Assembly (NCBI GenBank): GCA_002269645.1
Contig: NIVC01000317.1
Span: 310,001-374,000, forward strand
Reading direction: 5' to 3'
DNA length: 64,000 nt
From: Macrostomum lignano
Lineage: Eukaryota
How positions within the stretch are numbered: the first letter of the stretch is position 1; every line of letters begins with the position of its first letter. The position numbers and the translations under genes are program-made. The notes beneath the pieces were generated by a model that was given only the letters and a program-made list of their open reading frames with translations, did not search any database and was not told the DNA's origin. This document shows positions 61,858-64,000 of this stretch, piece by piece.

Positions 61858-64000
61858 AGGCCGCGGATGACCTCGGTTGGCTCGGAAGGCGGCGCCACGG
61901 CTGCGGCAGCAAAGTTCAGCACAGCAGGGACACGCTGAGGTCGGCGCAGCGTGCAACGTCGCACTGAGCGGTGGCGCGAGCGCAACCGGTGAGGGCGACT
62001 CAGTCGCGCGGCCAGGCGCCTGTCGGCCCCAGTCCCTGCAACTTCAACTATGGATCCGCCGGGTGGCGCCGGGGACCACGAGGCCAACCTTTATCTGGCC
62101 CTAGCTGTACCAGGTGGCCGCCTCAGACTCGGCACGATGAACTGCCGAACTCTGAAGGCCCCCTGGCGTCGCACCATCCTTGTCCAGCTGGCCCACGACC
62201 TCGTCTCGCTGCGGGAGGTTTCTATCGTGGCTGAGCCAGGGCTCCACTCTGAGAACCTCGGAGCCGGCTGGAGCCTCCTGTACACGTCGGCAGACAATTG
62301 CGGTCGGGGCGGTGTCAGTGTACTGATCGGACCGCGCCTCCAGCAGAGCGTGCACTGCATTTCGCTGTCCCCGCGACTGATACAGGTCGACCTGCGACTG
62401 CGCGTCCGCTGCATCCGACTGTTCTGCGCGTATGCACCCACCACTGCTCACACCAAAGAGGCTCAAGCCTTCTTCGACTTCCTGGCTTTGCAGCTGAAAG
62501 AGGTGCCAAACCGCGACACGCTGGCGGTGCTCGGAGACCTGAACGCAGTTCCGCGGAGGTCCGAGCGCTCGCCCTATGTCGCGGGACGCGAGAATGCCAA
62601 CATCGATGCACAGGAGGACCTGCTTGACCGGCTGGACCTGGTGTCCGCGAACACCCAGTTCCGCAAGCCCTCTGCCCGCCTGGTCACCTTTGCGGGCTGC
62701 AAGAGAAGGCGATAGAACGCACGCGGGCGGAACGCCACGAAGAGACTGGCGCAACTCGATCATGCGCTGGTTCGCACTCGCGAGCGCCGCCGCGTCACCA
62801 ACTGCGAAACCATGGCTCTGCTGGCTCTCCGGTCAGACCATCGACTTCTGCTCTGCGACTTGCGGCTCCTTGACCAGCTCTACCGACCACCAAAGCAGCG
62901 GCCACGGCGCTACTATCGCGCTCTGTTGGACACATGCGTCAAGCGACAATACGCAGGCGCCTTCGTCGGCGCGCTTGGAGACCAGCGAGAGGCGGAGTAT
63001 TCCGACATCAGCACCGCCGTTAGAGCCGCTGCGGTGCAGACGGTCCCGCTGATGCGGCCAGCACAAAAATCGCTGCCTGTCTGGCAGAGCGACCCGACCA
63101 TCAGGTAAGCGTCCCTCAACATCGAGCGACTCCGCAGAAACTGGCGACCCACGGGCGACGCTGAAGACGCATTTGAGCGCCTTCTAGACGAGCGGCAGCA
63201 GGCCGCTGTCGACGACGCCGTTAGGTCCATCACTGCAGCCGGCCCAGATGTGAAGATCCGCGCAGTGTGGACGGCCGTCCGGACTCTGACGGGGCGCAAA
63301 AAGCGCGTGGCGCTGAATCTGGCCGGTGACACCCCGGAGGAGCGCAGGAACGAATTGCGCGACTTCTTTGCCGGCATAGTGAACGCGCCCGCGTCGGCGC
63401 TGCCCGCCAGCTTTGCGCTCCCACTGGACACGCCGCTCCCAGCTGAGGAGGACTTCTGCACCAGACCAGTCACCACGAAGGACGTTGTGCTGTTCGCTCG
63501 GAAAACATCAGGCGGCAAGGCGCTCGGTCCCAACAAAGTCCCAGTCGAGGCGCTGCGGCTCCGCTGTGTGGCCTCCCAGGTCACAGGCATATTGAACCGC
63601 GTGCTTTCCGGCGCCCCGGCGCCCACCGAGTGGACCGTCGCGCACATCGTGCCGATCCCTAAGTAGGCAGGGACAACGCGGAAAGAAGACCACCGTGGGA
63701 TCTGGCTGGTCCTGCACCGCGAAGCTTTTCAACCGGCTGTTCCTCGATCGTCTGCAGTCGGTGCTGAACCCGTACCTGCGGTACTAGTAGAACGGATTCC
63801 GGCCGCAACGCAGTACAGTGACACAGATCCTCGCACTCCGCCGGGTCATCAAGGATGCGCGCATCCGCCAGTCTACCCTGATTATTGTCTTCGTTGACTT
63901 TCAAAAGGCGTTTGACTCGGTGTTAAGAGCCGCGCTTCCCTTTGTCCTACGAGCCTACCGGGTACCCCAGCAGCTAGTCAACGCTGTCATGGCACTGTAT
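61858..64000 (+). mobile_element. RTE-clade LINE (5' UTR, APE, RT start), continuing beyond the window
   Basis: RLGTMNCRTL, YAPT, LGDLNA, QLDHALV, SDHRLL; IVPIPK, GFRPQRSTVTQILALRR, VFVDFQKAFDSV; several stops. Confidence 0.92.

Noticed and set aside
61858-61930. HDV-like ribozyme in the RTE 5' UTR
   Set aside because: A 7-bp P1-like pairing exists, but no P3/L3, P1.1 or catalytic C could be placed
62091-63732. Long minus-strand ORFs over the RTE (also over the Loa and Jockey LINEs)
   Set aside because: Antisense shadows of GC-rich coding sequence

Overview
Eukaryotic (invertebrate-type; the repeat style recalls the flatworm Macrostomum, which is my inference) window made almost entirely of nested, decayed mobile elements. 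It holds one full-length Gypsy LTR element (33680-46443, TATA TSD) with mariner, Penelope and LINE insertions. It also holds further Gypsy gag/pol/LTR fragments, Loa-, Jockey- and RTE-type LINEs, two Penelope-like fragments with hammerhead motifs and two Crypton tyrosine-recombinase relics. Other relics are Helitron, P/THAP9, hAT and EnSpm/CMC transposases and Maverick/adintovirus pieces (PolB, PLA2, major capsid). No rRNA, tRNA or CRISPR is supported. The most notable signal is an uninterrupted 239-aa ORF (51386-52105) with a CtIP/Sae2 C-terminal domain (CxxC + RHR + TQ). It lacks the CDK site and the N-terminal oligomerisation region and sits beside an EnSpm-type transposase, so it may be transposon cargo. 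A decayed RING + extended-Tudor gene and a PLA2-integrase reading frame are also of interest. All family calls come from motifs read by eye; no searches were run.
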